64,000 nt of DNA from Tubulanus polymorphus (lineage: Eukaryota > Animalia > Nemertea): positions 2,356,001 to 2,420,000 of the forward strand of contig NC_134031.1 in the NCBI RefSeq assembly GCF_964204645.1, in the 5' to 3' direction. The position numbers and the translations under genes were made by a program. Shown here piece after piece: positions 25,001 through 39,400 of the stretch. A model generated the notes under the pieces. The model was not told where the DNA came from and ran no database searches. It was given only the letters and a program-made list of their open reading frames with translations. How positions within the stretch are numbered: the first letter of the stretch is position 1; each line of letters opens with the position of its first letter.

Positions 25001-28000
25001 TCTCGGGTCGATGTCATATTCGACGGAGAATTATGTCGTTAAGCCACCTAACCTTCAAACACGCGCACCTGTTGAAACGACTTCAAACGCTTTGCTCGGA
25101 AACTAATTTAATAAGGCGATAATTGAATAAGGAAGAATGGAATTGACGGCGTATCATTTGAATCCGCCCCGAGAAGGAAATAGAAAGTCGGGATCCACGC
25201 AACTGGCGCCATTTTCACGTTGGCTATACCTTTCAACGTTTTATGTCGATATAGGTTATGTACGTACGTCATATTGGCCGTCGTCCGTCTCAAGCTGCTA
25301 AAAGGGCGAATTTCCAACTGATAACCGAACTCACTCACATGTCTTAACGCATTTTACAGTGTCGGCCATTTTGGAACCAGGTCCCATCTACAGCGACCGT
25401 GCTCAATCCTGTGGTTCACTATTTCCGGAATATAGTTCCGATTAACTGACATTGAGTTTCATTAAGTTCGCAAATAGTCGACTAACTCCGATAACCGAGG
25501 TTTGCCAAGTGAACCATACGTGTGACATCCCTGTATAACACGTGTTCTGTATGCCGAATACACGAAATTCCTGTATTTTTTTTATCGTCCTTGAATCTTG
25601 AATCGTTCAGATCTCTGAGCGATGGCTTAGGATTAGGATTAGTACGGCGCCTCTCAGACACCTTTGGTTCGGAATTAACTCGAGCAACCTTTCTCACAAC
25701 ACGAAAATATCCAAATATAGGAATAAGATTAAATATGACATTAAACACGACTTCAGACGCAGTGCCTGGGTTTAGAATCGCTTTACCGAAAAACCGTCGC
25801 AATCTTTAGTAAATGCATTTAGTAAATAATTTTTGACTCCGCGAAAACCGTTACATTATGTTTCTATACATTGATACCTAAAATGCGATTTTATGTCGAG
25901 TTATCATCTCCACATTCATTCATTAACGATTAGTAACAGGTTTTTCCCAATTTTATGTTGAGATATGTCTCAACATAAAACAGATTTTTCGTAAATGATG
26001 TTCCCAGGACGCTTCCGTAAGATATCTCTTATTCCATATTTGACGATTTTCTTATCATTCGTTTTGAGAGAATATATCGGGACATGTCAATTCAATCCAA
26101 TAATCGATATTCAAATTCAAAATAACTTTATCGATCCTTTATATCATAGTTTATATTATATCATTTAATTGTCGACAATATTATGCAATGATGTGTTATT
26201 TTTCAAGGCGTCGATAAACTTTCATATTTCATTTTGCTTGAAGTAAAATTGCCAAATGTGCGTAATCATAACGTATAACGTAGCATGTAATTTGTTAATA
26301 AGATAGCCCTGTACAAACGCAGGCAAAGTATAAAACCGAACGTAGAATTATAACATAGAACTGTTTTGATATAGAAACAAAATAATACGGTATAGTTTGA
26401 CAACACGTGATGAATGATCGCCACGAGCACGTGAGTTAAAACATCGCTTTTAGCCACGCCTGTCGTGTTTACACAACCGATCGTTACTTATTTCATCACA
26501 GACGAGATGTTTTTTCGTCGTCAGCCCGAGTTTGTGAGTCAATGTTTGGGTTATTATTCGGGGTTTTGTGGACATCATCAATTTCTAATCCTTCCACGAA
26601 TGCTAAATTGGGCGTCCAAATATTTGATACGTTCCAACCCAGCGGCGTTTCAGCAGATTGTTGATTCCATCTCGCTGATTATTAGTCACAAAAATATGTT
26701 ATGTTTATAGCTGTTTCTAGCAACGAATAAACAAGAAATCGATTGTCGAAAATCGAAAACTGCAATAGAATATTCAAGTAAAACATAAACCGGTAACTTA
26801 GTCATCGGAACCGGCAGTAGTTATAACGAAAAAAAAATTGGTACTGAAATCGTATTTTTCTGATGGAATGTGCTGTGTAACTTGAATATTAATTATCTTT
26901 CACGTGAAGCAACATTTGATAAAAGTCAGTCATTCAACAAAATCATATAATCACACAAAACCCCGAGTTAATCAATCTATTTGTTTATTGGTAAACGATG
27001 TGCTATTTGATTTCTTAGATCGATATTTCTGAGAGGTTCAATCCAAGCAGTCAACTAAGATTTCACAGAATAGGTAACAAAATGGTGCCAGGGAGATAAA
27101 GGAAACGCAAAAGGAACCATAATTGATCATCTTGGTCAAGCAAACGACATCTCCCAGGGCACAAGCTCCAGTTCCACCGATGTTGCCTTTGAGTTAATTT
27201 CTACGAGTTAACTGTGAGTCAAATCCCTTGTCAGAACCCTGGAACTGTTTTCTGGTGTTAAGTCACTCGTCCTTGTAGAATCTACGCGATCTTTCGGTAC
27301 ATTGCGATCAAGTATAAGAGATCTCGTGGACAGATTTCGCGTTGAGCTCCGAGAGCTTCGTTAGAACAATATTTATTAGAACAATAGTCATTATCTGGCA
27401 GTTTATTTTCCCCACGTCGCGTCGTTCGGCCATAAAAACCAACTACATATCCACAATTGTCGGTGGTTAATTGTCCGCAGCCTCGGCGCAGCAAATGTGA
27501 TATCTTGTTCGTAAATTGAATATACCAGTGCAAGGCCATTTCGATTGTATCGGCCATGTTTACCACGCCGGTCGATATAGGATACATCACACAGCGTAAA
27601 AGGCTAAGAAATAATTGCAACAAAAGGTCTGTAATGGATTCCAAACCATCCGGTGCCCTGGATAACATCACCACCATAGCCCACCAGAATACGAAGGACC
27701 TAATTTCAAGAGCGTGTTATTGATCTGCACCATTTTGTACTAATACTCTTCGACACGAAGTGCTACGGGCAGTTTACAGTTTCGTATAAACTATTTCAAT
27801 TATTTGTCGGGAATGCGATAAGTTTTTGATTCGGCTTTTTCAATTTCTATTTTTTCTTTCAATAAGTTTGTCGCCGAGCGTCGATAGCTCGCAGTTCCCT
27901 CACGCCCGGGGTGAAGTGAATCGAGAGAGAGAGGCTTTTATCGCGTAACGATCGGTGTCGCGATGATCGCGTAATGTGTCACCAAGCGTTGCCAACTGAT

Positions 28001-31000
28001 TGAACTTAAATTCGACGGAAACAGCACTTGATTTCACTTGTCGCATTTCATAAATTGAAGCGCGCTTAAATCTGTAATCCCCGCAGGCGAGTTACAGTCA
28101 ATACGGTTCGACTCATCGTCCGTCTCGCGGCGATTCGCCGGGAACGAATCTCGCCGAACTCTCGTTGAACTCTCGTGTTGGCGTGCGCTCTCATTCAGAA
28201 AATCGAGACCTGTCAAATCGGTCGGTTCGGATCAGTGCGTAGACCGCTACATGCCGCAGTTGTAAGGTCTAGAGCTTTACCTGAGAAGCTGATTGAATAT
28301 AGTTACACGATTTTGCCATTTTCGAATGGCGTGCTTTCATCTGCGGCCTGTAAAGCGTCGTGTAGTCGTCATTCATTGAAAAATACGCAACGCATACGAA
28401 ACACCGGAGGCTTCTTAGGCGCACGTCAAATAACACACTATCCGCACCGTACTCGTTTACACACCCGATTACGCCGAATAAAACATAGTACGCGGTAAGC
28501 ATGACGGCAAACCTGCGAGGTTTCCATTCGACGACAGCGGCAAAAAACCACGTCGACGCCATCCGCGGTAAAGTAGGATGGATAGTTAATTGAAATAAAA
28601 ACCGCCGTTTTCGCTCGGTCGACTCGCGAGGCGCGCGCACAAAATTACCAACTGATAAACGACGCTACGTATTAATATAATCGATCCTCGATGAAATGAA
28701 ATGAACATCGATCAAATTGAATTTGCGCACGAATCGCTTAAAATGACGGTTTTAGGTCTGACGCAGTATTAAAACGCTTTATGTATTATTCCCCTCAGTT
28801 ATCATTCTAACCTCTTCACCAAGAACCTTGTGTCCACTGATGTATCTGTTTCCATAGACTAGCTACCTCTTAGTTTTTTCTTCTTACTGCGCATTTATCA
28901 ACTTATCCACTGATGTACACTAGGATCGTAGAGTGACGGAGGTCGCCGTGGAAACAACCACTGCCGGTACTGGGTGAGGTCACATAGCCTGGAGTACAGG
29001 CCTGGCACATTCACCCTCTGCTTCGATCTGGTCGTCTCGAGCCTGGTCCAGCCGCGGATTCATAATGAGGCTTTATTCGCTCATTCGATATGTCCTGTTC
29101 TTTCTTTCAACCACAGCATAGAAAAAAAGGACAACGGAAAACTTCATCGCTTTGCCGAGTTTGGTCGTGATCGCGGACGGACACCGTCGGTCATCGGCTC
29201 CGATCTCATTATCTTCATCGATGACAAACACCTTCTGGTTGTATCCCAGAACTCACGCCTGATTTGCCGCATACTGCGTGGAAATAAAAACGCAAACAAA
29301 CAGCGAACGGGCGTAAAAACACTGAGTAAAACTCAGATGTGACAGACAACCGAGATGTCGTAAGCAATGGGCCGTAAACGAAAGACTTATCGGGAATATT
29401 CTATCCGAAAACTGGGAGCGCGAAGGATACTTTTTGAGAAAATGAAGATTATACTAAACGTCCAGGAAGATTCCGAATGCGCAGCCATTGATTACATTTC
29501 TCTTTAGATTAGTAACCAACGTGTTAAAAATGAATTTCTATATTTTTCTATGAAGACGAACTCGTTTTGGTCGCAGACACACGAAACGTTTTTTGAATCA
29601 CCTACAATTAGCCACGAAATGAAACAAGTTGTTTTTGGAGTATCCATTGTTTACAAGCGAAGTAATGGAGTAAATCATTGTTATTATAGACAAGTTACAA
29701 CAGAAATATGTAGCTCAGTTCTATTCAGTTTCGTGTCAATGTTTGCTTCATTACGATGATCTGTACAGTAAGTTCGAAACCTTGTCGTCCTTTTTTGCGA
29801 TGAATAAATTCTTTTAATCTTTTAAATTTGTGGGATCTTTAATCACTATCTAATCTGTCTCCGCGTCTGAGTGTAGCTGCTCTACTACTATGACCTAAGT
29901 CTTACCGGGCTTTGAACTAACCACACAAGTAATCATCTCATTCACAGTTTGATTCGTCGGATACAAGTTAACGACACTAAATATATTAATTAGAATAGAT
30001 GGACTGACCTGACAAATAGATGAGTGTCTATAGAGATCCAGTGCCGGAGAAAAACAGTGAGTTCACGATAGCAGAATGCTCGCTCCCTGACACCAGGACG
30101 ACCTCGCCGTACACGGCAAACTTATCACGACGATACGATGAAATAATTATTTCAGAGCAGCTTCTCTGCCGCGATCGATTCCGCGACGGCTCGGATAAAG
30201 AACGGACGAACTGTCCTTCAACTCCGAAACCCCCACACACACACTGTTTCTTCGATCGGTTCGGTCTCAAGGACGACGCGTGGTGACGACTGAAAAAAAC
30301 ACGGTGTTTTCACCGAATGGGGAAATCTATATCGAGATTATTCCCGTCGCGCTCAAAAAAGAGGAGTTTTTCTCTACGCTTTTACCATTCGAAACACGTC
30401 GATTTTTGTACGACCAAAATACGATCCATCGGCCACGATTTTATGCGCGGAAGCAACCGATTGGAAAATGTAAAAGGGAAAAATTATACGATTTGGATTT
30501 GTACAGATCACCGGTCGCCAGACCGACCCCACGGGTGATGTAAATGAAACCAAATGAGACGTGTAATAATGGGAGTTATGACAATTTTTCAAAAAGTTCC
30601 CGGTCAGAATATCTACATAATTTCTCGCGGAAATAAGCTTCGATGAAGGCAGGCGACAAAATATGAAAAATGTGTAAATAACGACTAGCTTCCAATTTCC
30701 GTCGAATATTATTCATCGTCAAGTCGCACAAATAACAATAAAAAAAACCATTTTTATAGATATCTACAAGTGAAGAGATCAAATATATGAATATGTAAAT
30801 GGGCTTTACAACCCACTGTGGCAATCGAGGATTTCTTTTATGGCAACTAATGAACTACTAGGGGTAGAAGTACAAGTTAGTTAGTATTATTCCTCCCTGG
30901 ACTTGGCATACACGCTTAGTGGGACAAAGATGAAAATATGAAGCAACAACAATAGATTTACAATTAGGGGGGATTATTCTGAAGTAAGATATAAAAAATC

Positions 31001-33365
31001 GTGCTTCATGTCTTTTCGAATCTTGGTTTTCCAAGACTGACCTTAGTGGACTGTTCATTAACCATCATGGACTTTCGTTTCTTAGTCCACGATTTAACTC
31101 ATCACTCAGCTCTGATTGCTGTGAATACAACAAAATCACGTATTAACCCACTGACCTACTGAGACTGCTGTTTGGCCGACCGTTAGTAACGCCACCTGTC
31201 GGGATCGGTAGATTTGCGTAAAACGCATGCCACACGTACCATAGTCTCATCCTCACTAGATACTAGTCCCAGGTGTCTACCGAGACCGATGTATCATCGC
31301 TGATTAGGCTGTGCTTTTTGTGGTTGCAACTCTAATGGAACGCATCTTTGATTAATGAGTCGTGTCTATTAATTGGATAACGTACGTTACGTCGTTTCGG
31401 ACGCAAACGGTCTGTTACGTTGTTACGTCGTCGATGTATTTGAACGGTCGGTCGTGTGTTCATTTGTGTTCATTCGAAAGTTGCGTGTCGTCGAATTCCA
31501 CATTACAACATGTTTGATCGTTTAAACACGACGAATTAGTGGCGTTTTCCCCCCGTCCCTGATAGTGATCGATCGTCAATTCGCGTGACCCGTTGTTTTC
31601 TTTACCGAATTGCGTCGAACAGTCGAAATTCCCTTCAGGAAACTTTCGAACGAGACTTTTTTCGAATGCCTGATTCACGGCTCGTTGCCGCGTTAACATT
31701 AACGGGGGAAAAATGAGGAGGTCGAAGAAAAATGGATCGAGTGAAAGGACCGAATCGAAAGAAGATTGATAATAGTATAACGCGGTATATACTAATGGTT
31801 ATTCCAAGGTTATCCCTTTTGTGAATCGAAATTCGAGTCGCGTCATGTTTTTGATATCCAGGACCCTCGGGGAAAACCTAATGGAAAATGTACGTACATA
31901 ATTCATCGGGTTAAAACCGCTGTTGACAACGCGGGGGATACATTGTTCCGCGCTAAAAATCATTTCAATCAAAGGGAGATACCCCGTGGTCCCTTGTCAT
32001 CCCCGCGGTTATTTTGCAGACGATGAAAACAAACGTGAATTATTTAGGCGGTAATAACGCGCGGCTTTTTAATAGTTAATTAATTGAGCTCGGAACAACA
32101 AGCCGCCATATTCGATTTCACCCAACTGCGATGAAAGAGAGAAAAAGTGGCGAGCTCTATGGATGAATTCAGACGAACAAAAGGGTGTGCAATATCCCAA
32201 AGCTAGCGCGTTACAGCACGAAATGAAAAACAACAGTAACTTTCGCGTTCTAACGCACAACTAATAAACAACGATTTCAACTCGACGAGAAAAAAAATTG
32301 TTTTTGTAGTTAAAGATCACAGGCGTTAATTCCGCGCGCGATGCGCTTTTAATGAAAAACCTCATCAAAGATATTCGATATCGAGCGAGATTTATTCGTT
32401 GAAGAAAGCGTCGTTTTTCGTTTCAGAGAAAAATGGCAGCATCGCAGTACACAGTCTAGGGAGAAACCGTTATTTATACGATACTGTAGTCCGATAATGA
32501 AAAATGTGTTTTCCTTGTGAAGAAACGTTTCTGACGTGTTTTGTTCTGCCGCGTGCCGTGCGTTGATCATCTCATCAAAACCTATAATTCGAAACGTTTT
32601 CTGAAAAACTTATTTTCTCTTTTGATGAAACAAAACGTTTTTGCCGTGTGAAATGGGCCTTAGCATATTCAAACAAGTATTTACATTTGGACTGTGTACT
32701 GTATTTCGATATCTCGTAAATCGAGCCCACGTTTGTATCAAACACGGATAATGACTCTATTGCATGGCCCGATCACGTTTGACAATTATACGGATATATG
32801 CGAGACGATTCGACGACTCTTTGCTTTAGCAATTTGTGCCTAGTTGCAAATCATGCCGGTGACCGATTCAGGCGAGTGGCAGCGTCTTAAACGTTTCCCC
32901 AGTTTGACAAAAACTGAACTTTTCGGGGTAAACAAGAAAAGGCGTTGTAATTTTCGAATAAATCAATGCGTTGTAGCCGTTGTTTGATCGGCCTCGTCTC
33001 TGGACGCGACGAATAAGAATGTTATTTATGATGTTATCTGATTTATTTCAGATTAAACCATAAAACTAAACGCGTATATCTGCGACTCATCTCGGTTCTT
33101 ATCTGCAGCGAGCAATTCAATTCCTGCGAAAAGTAATCGGGAGCTTAATCGACAAAGGAGTGAGTTTAATTTCCTCCAAGCGCGACGTTTCGCCATCGCT
33201 TAAGAATGATCATTAAATGGCAGATCTCTGTTTTGTAATAAATGCGTATTCTACTGCTGGGGAATTGACGATCTCGTTTATAGGCGACGAGGACGATGTA
33301 AGCGCCGAGTTACGAAGCTAGGATATGCCAGCTTTGAAAATAGGTCGATCGGGAACTGTCAACGC

Positions 33366-33470
33366 TACTGTGGCAATCGAGGATTCCACTCAAAGCAAGC
33401 TAGGACCCGTCAGGTTCGCTAGTAGCAACTCGATCTTCTGCTTTCAATTTCTTCCACATTTCAATGAGAA
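33366..33470 (+). repeat. Unclassified short interspersed family (TACTGTGGCAA.CGAGGAT...CAGGTTCGCTAGTAG..ACTCGATCTTC)
   Basis: Aligns with 17073-17170 (+) and 6370-6428 (-). Shorter pieces occur at 183, 3778, 8912, 9140 (-) and 30814. Confidence 0.7.
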
Positions 33471-36400
33471 TCTAATTAAATTTTCTCTAAAATAAATCAA
33501 TTATTACCAATCGCCATCAATGTATGTTTTACCAATGTATTCAGTGATATAGAATCAAGGTTCATCGATAATGAATCGATTTCTACGAGTGTGCAAGTCA
33601 CGCCCTCTGGTGGTATCTGGTCCTCCATCCATTGGTAGGATTTCTAGATTGGAATATCTTACTTACAATGTAGTTGGAATAGAAAGGGACATTCTGTACT
33701 ATCAGTGGGTGCTGAAAATCGATATTCCACCTTCGAGCACTAAGGTCATATTTTTCACTGTAGCGATGAACTCAGTCATCTTTCAATGTATACAACACTT
33801 CTAGGTCTATGATATTCTAGCAGTTTCCGCCTCGGTGCATTCTACTATTTCTTCGTTTTGTCATCTCCCACGGTGTACAATTCAATCCGCCTCCAGTGTA
33901 TATGATATTCCATCTGAAATATGTCACACGGGGAAATGCTCTGATAATAAAGATATCGTTACTGTAATCATCATTGTTATCGTTATCAAATTCATTTTTA
34001 GTATCCGGGTCTTACGTTTAAGACCTTTCGTTATTTAGTATACCCGCAGGTATCGTATAAGATAGATCTATGCGCTACTGTAGTTGGTGCATTCACCGGC
34101 GGTTGGTCTTAATCAGGATTTATTTCGTTGTGCGCACGCCGACGGAAAGGCGACCCGAACAATTCCGGATTGTGACTTCTGAAAGATCGCTTGCTTTACG
34201 TTCATCTGACAAGTTAATAGTTCACGAATGTTTTTGTTTTTGATCGATGGACTTTCAGCCGCAACAAGACGACCAGACGCAGAGAGGGAGAGAACGGCAA
34301 TTCGACTGTATCGGCAAGATGATACATCGTTTCGTTTTGCCGCATTTTGCCGCAATCGAGCGCGATAACGACAGGTGACCGAATTCAACATTAGCTCGCT
34401 TGTGGACATCATCGATGTGCTAATTGAAACAAACCTTCAACATCGAAACGACTGATGATATAGACCTTGAACAGGTGACAGTATAGCGGCCAGGGCCGGT
34501 ATAGGATGAATATACACGAGTATGTGCAGTGCTCGAAATTCAAAGAAAATCGATTGATCGGACCAAAATCGAAATAAATGCTTTCAATGTCAATTAGGAA
34601 TTTTCCACTAAGACATCTGTTAACAGTGATAGTAATCATACTTGTATGACATTTCACATCGACTTTAAGGCGTTTAATAACATACCATTTATGTAGCACC
34701 CCAAGAGGCAATTTCCCCGTCTTTTTACGTTAACATTATGAAGAGGGAATTTTCCGATGCGAAGACAGGAGATTGATAGATGCTGTAAGTCTATTTATCA
34801 GATTGATAAATTCATAGATGCTTGAATCCTTCCAATAGTATTGGGGCATATGAAATGCTCCTCGGGCTGTTATAATATACACAGCAGAGTAAAAGATGGT
34901 ATTTGACTTCGATTTGGTTCGCGCTTCGTCTCTAATACACCAATGGTTTTGCGTGGGATTTGTGTCTCAGTCGATCTACCAGTAACGTAACATTCGGAAA
35001 TGAAATTTTTTTTGATTTATTGAACGTGGTCGGCTGTCTGTTGTATATATACTTCTAAATGACCTGGCGCATGATCACGATAGGAACTATTTCTATTTAG
35101 AAATATATTCTCCCTCCACACAATTAGGCAGACAGCTGAGGTAATTTCATGCGCGCAAAGCTGGCCACGTCGCTTTCGCCAAATTGCTTTCCGTCGTTGA
35201 AAAGTCCGTTTCCTCCGAAGGCCGAGCGTCTCTATTTGTCAATCGGTCGTCATCCGAACGCTGGTTTTATAGCCACCGACAAAAAAGGCAAAAAAGCAAT
35301 TTAGATAGCGGTGCAATACATTTTCCGCATGATCAACGGGAACCCGCCTGGAAATGATCTAGGTATATTCACCGTCTGACTGACATGTCACGAGCGATAC
35401 GGATTAAACCGTAACAGCCGTAACCACAGCGCACGTTTCGCTGGTCGTCGATCATTTTCCGCCGCCATCTTTCTTTCCATTCCATTGCGAGGTAATAATT
35501 GACATGAAATCTACGAAAAACGAGGTCTATTTACGTAAGATTGAATGTGCGTATGCGAAGTGGCCTATCTTCGTGATTATCGTGGCAATTTGTGCAACGA
35601 TAAATGTCAGAAAAGGCTGCTGTGTTTTATGGAAGGAAATGACCCTTCAGTTAGTGCGACGTTTATGCCTTAACGCAAAGAAGAATATGTTTGCTACTGC
35701 CATTATTTTGTTCGAACAAACACATTGTCGTGTTGCTGAGGACAGCCTTGTCCATAAAAGCAAACAGTTTGTTATAATGGACACCAGCTTCAAGATCTGA
35801 ATGTTATAAGTACAAAATGCCCAACATGGACTGACATGAACCGTGTTACATCTAAGTCTGATATCGAGATTGTGTCGCTTATAGAATACAAATCAACGAC
35901 GCACGAAGTATGGAAATAAACAACACCAGCTCGAATTAAATGAAAGCTTACAAATATGAGCACAGCTAGGAAGGAAACCATACGAACGTAATAACACTAG
36001 CAGAAAAACGATCTTTATTCAAAGAAGTTTTTCAAGTTCCTGAAATAGCATCTAGAAAAGGCTTTCGTCGTCATCGCCCTATTTCACTGCAAAAATAGGA
36101 ACATTCTCCAAACGGAATTCACGGCACAAGTCGCAGATAGGTCATCATGTTTGTCTCCTGGTTATGCTTAACGTCGTTTGGATCTTGGTTTTCCGAGACT
36201 ATTATATATAACCCCTACTTCATCATCGTTCATTTAACCTCCGAGGATGCGGCGTTATATCGTCATTTTGAACAGTCTATATACTCGAAATAAGTTGCAA
36301 TCTATCAAAATGAGATTGTTGATAAGATGTAAGGCGTTGTTCACCGGTGCGCCTCAGGGCCACCAGACGTTGTTAATCACGTTGTTCATCAGTAGAAGTA

Positions 36401-39400
36401 TAAAGTGCGTGTCTAAAACTAGAAATTATAGGAACCTTTTTGTATATTAAATACATCAAACATGTCAAGGAAAATGAATGCTTTTCGAAGCCGTGATGTG
36501 GACTAATTGTTGATTTTATTCTCGACTGTGTCATTACGTTATTGGACTAGAACTGCAAGCGAAGACAATCTGTGTCCGCGCCGGAGCTTTTAATGTTTGA
36601 TTAATGAAATCATTAGCGTTCGGTCGTCTCTCGTCCCGGCGTCGATAGATTGGAAGTTGACTAATCGCGTCATCATTGTCAACCACCTGTCGCCATTAAA
36701 AGTCCAAACGAAAATATACTAATCCCAACTGAGGCGCCATCGACACTGCTGATGTATATCATCACTATCACTATATGTTTATGTAGAGAGGAGTGATCAC
36801 TCCGGTTCATGTGGCAAATCATTTCATCATATTACCCCTATATAGATCGGCTCCTGGACCCAGTTTTACAGTTGTTAATTAAGATTTGACTCAGCCTCAT
36901 TGAATTGAACTGATTTTCACTCAGAGTTAACTCTAACTCCTGTCCTGGATGAGTGGCATACAGATGAGTGGGGACTGAATAATCCTGGGAATGTTTAGAA
37001 TTTTTTTCAGTTTTTATCATGGTTTCTCATCGCTACTATTGACATGGTGTTTGTCACCTCTAGGGGTAACGTTGTCACCCCGTCTATAAAACTGGGCCCA
37101 CGATGATGTTTTGGAGAGATGCCATCCTCCTAGCGATACATAACGCGAGCGGCTTAAAGGTTATTTGCATGACGTCAAAGCGCATCTTATTGGCTGAAAT
37201 GTTAAAAGTTACAATTAGTGCAGCCAATATGATGTTTGAGGACAATTTGGCGGTGGTTTCCTGCCACAGGAGAGGAATGACTGACGACGACAATAAACAG
37301 ATACGCACGGAGTGGCGATCATCACGATATTCACCCAACCAAATAGCCGTATCCTGGGGGAAACAAGCGCGCTGACAGCAATGAGCAATTTGGCTAATTA
37401 CTCGTCTAGAAAACTTCCGAACCACATTCTACGCGTGGCCCATAACAGCTCAATGCTCGTTGTGATGTGTGACCGCGCAAAAAGCGCAAAGTTCTCGCGA
37501 GAAATGAGCTAATGGAAGCGAAGCAACCGACCGTAAATGACCGACCGTATCGCTAATGCGTGATGTGTACCTACCACTTTACTGCTATACTGATAGCTAT
37601 TATCAGTCTGTGTCCGAAGATGCGATATCCGGACAAATCGACGGAAACCCCGCGCGTAAACCTGATATTAAGTCAGAAACGGTCGCTGTCTCTTTTTCCC
37701 TAACAGCCGTGATTAGGTAGAGATTGCAGTAGAAAAGTAGCCACGACCTTTTGTCAGTGGATTTCTAGAAGATTAAAATTCCGATGCCGAGGCTCTTGGT
37801 GGGGTAGGATTACGATATAAGTCGGCACAAGTGGCCTATTTGTACCAGGAGGTCTCTCGCATTTCACTGTTGCACCAGCGACACCACGGAGAAAGTATGT
37901 TAGCGAAATAAATTGATTATGGCAGAAAACTTTGGTTTAATTCTATGATTTTTCAGATAGTTAGAATAGTTCAATGGGGGTTGTGCTAGTGCTCTGATGG
38001 GCACCGCTTGCCTCGTTACTCGACCAGACTCGGGATACTCGATAAAATATACATTATCGCAACTTCTTTCGCTCTTGAGGCTTCGACAGAGCACTAGTCA
38101 CAAATCATGCGCAATCCACTGCGGAGACATTTTCAGTAAGTTTGACAGGCACAACACAAAAGAGAAGATTAGAGTGTAGTGAGCGCATTAACAGCCATAC
38201 AAAAACGTCGCCGTTATTTATGGTTGCTTTAGAATCCATCGTTTGTCACAGTCGACTTTCGGTATAGGGAGCGAAGGCAGAGGCGGAGGGAGAGGGAGAG
38301 GGAGAGGGAGAGAGCCTGAGGTGGAGGTGTAATTTTCATGAAATAAAATATCAGATAAATACTTCATTTTTAATCCGAATTTTAAATGCCCCAGGCCAAC
38401 AATAATGTCATGCACAGATTTCATGAACATTAATTTCTGAATGTTTTGAGCAAACAAATTCAACACATGTCTCGTATCGATGTCGAAATCTCGATCCATC
38501 ACCCTGAAAGGCTCATATCGCATCGAAAACAGCCCAGTTTCCAGACGAAAACATATTCTTCATGTTTTGTCTAGACAGACTGGAATTCTAATAGGGATTC
38601 GATATCAATTTTCGAAAGGCTTTTTAATGCATTTTGCAGCGTTTCAAACAAAACATTGAAAAAAACAACTGTCGAACCGCCGGGGACCCGATAAACAAGA
38701 TAGATTGCCTCTTAAATCTTGTGTCATGTGTTTTACAGAAATTAAATGTTCGTTGTTTGAAAGCATCGCGTTGACTTTCCACTTGATGTAGTTCGGTTAT
38801 CACTGGCAATTATAGATTTTAGGTTTCTGGGCATTGATAAGAATTAAGCCCAGTCGATCCCCGTAATGAGTATTGACCGTGTATATCTATGATGGTGTAT
38901 GTGGTCTTGTATGGTAGTGCGCCTATATACAATTTAATAAGTTACGGAAATTTGTTATCGAATCAAGGTATCCTTACACTACGATATCGTACAAGAAGGC
39001 ATGATCTTAGATCATCTACGCCTGCAATTAGCTCTTGTTTTATGGAACATTGTTCTCAGTTTTATTTGGCAAGCTCGTGCAGTGTTAATGATCTATAAGC
39101 GGGCTTTAGAAACTCATTTTCATACGTAAAAGACATTTTAGTTGATATTTGCCTTGTGTCTGTGAATGATTTGTTCAGCATGTTTACAGTGCATTATACA
39201 TCTTCATCGTATGTACATCACTTTAAAGCATTGGAATAAAGCGATATATATATAAGATAAGTAACGATAACAATATTGATAATCTGCGTGTATATGAAAT
39301 CGGTTGAAGTTTACACAAGGCGTTTGCGAGTTTGATAACATTGCAATGGGGTTATATTATCGAAATTTTCTGTGATAAAGAACCGCGCGAAGCTGTAAGA

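Noticed and set aside
28900-29070. GC-rich patch resembling an exon or an RTE LINE 3' end; similar weak LINE-like peptides near 4627-4836, 27520-27720 and 45090-45330
   Set aside because: The peptide resemblance is faint and broken by stops or frameshifts. It needs an HMM or tblastn search.
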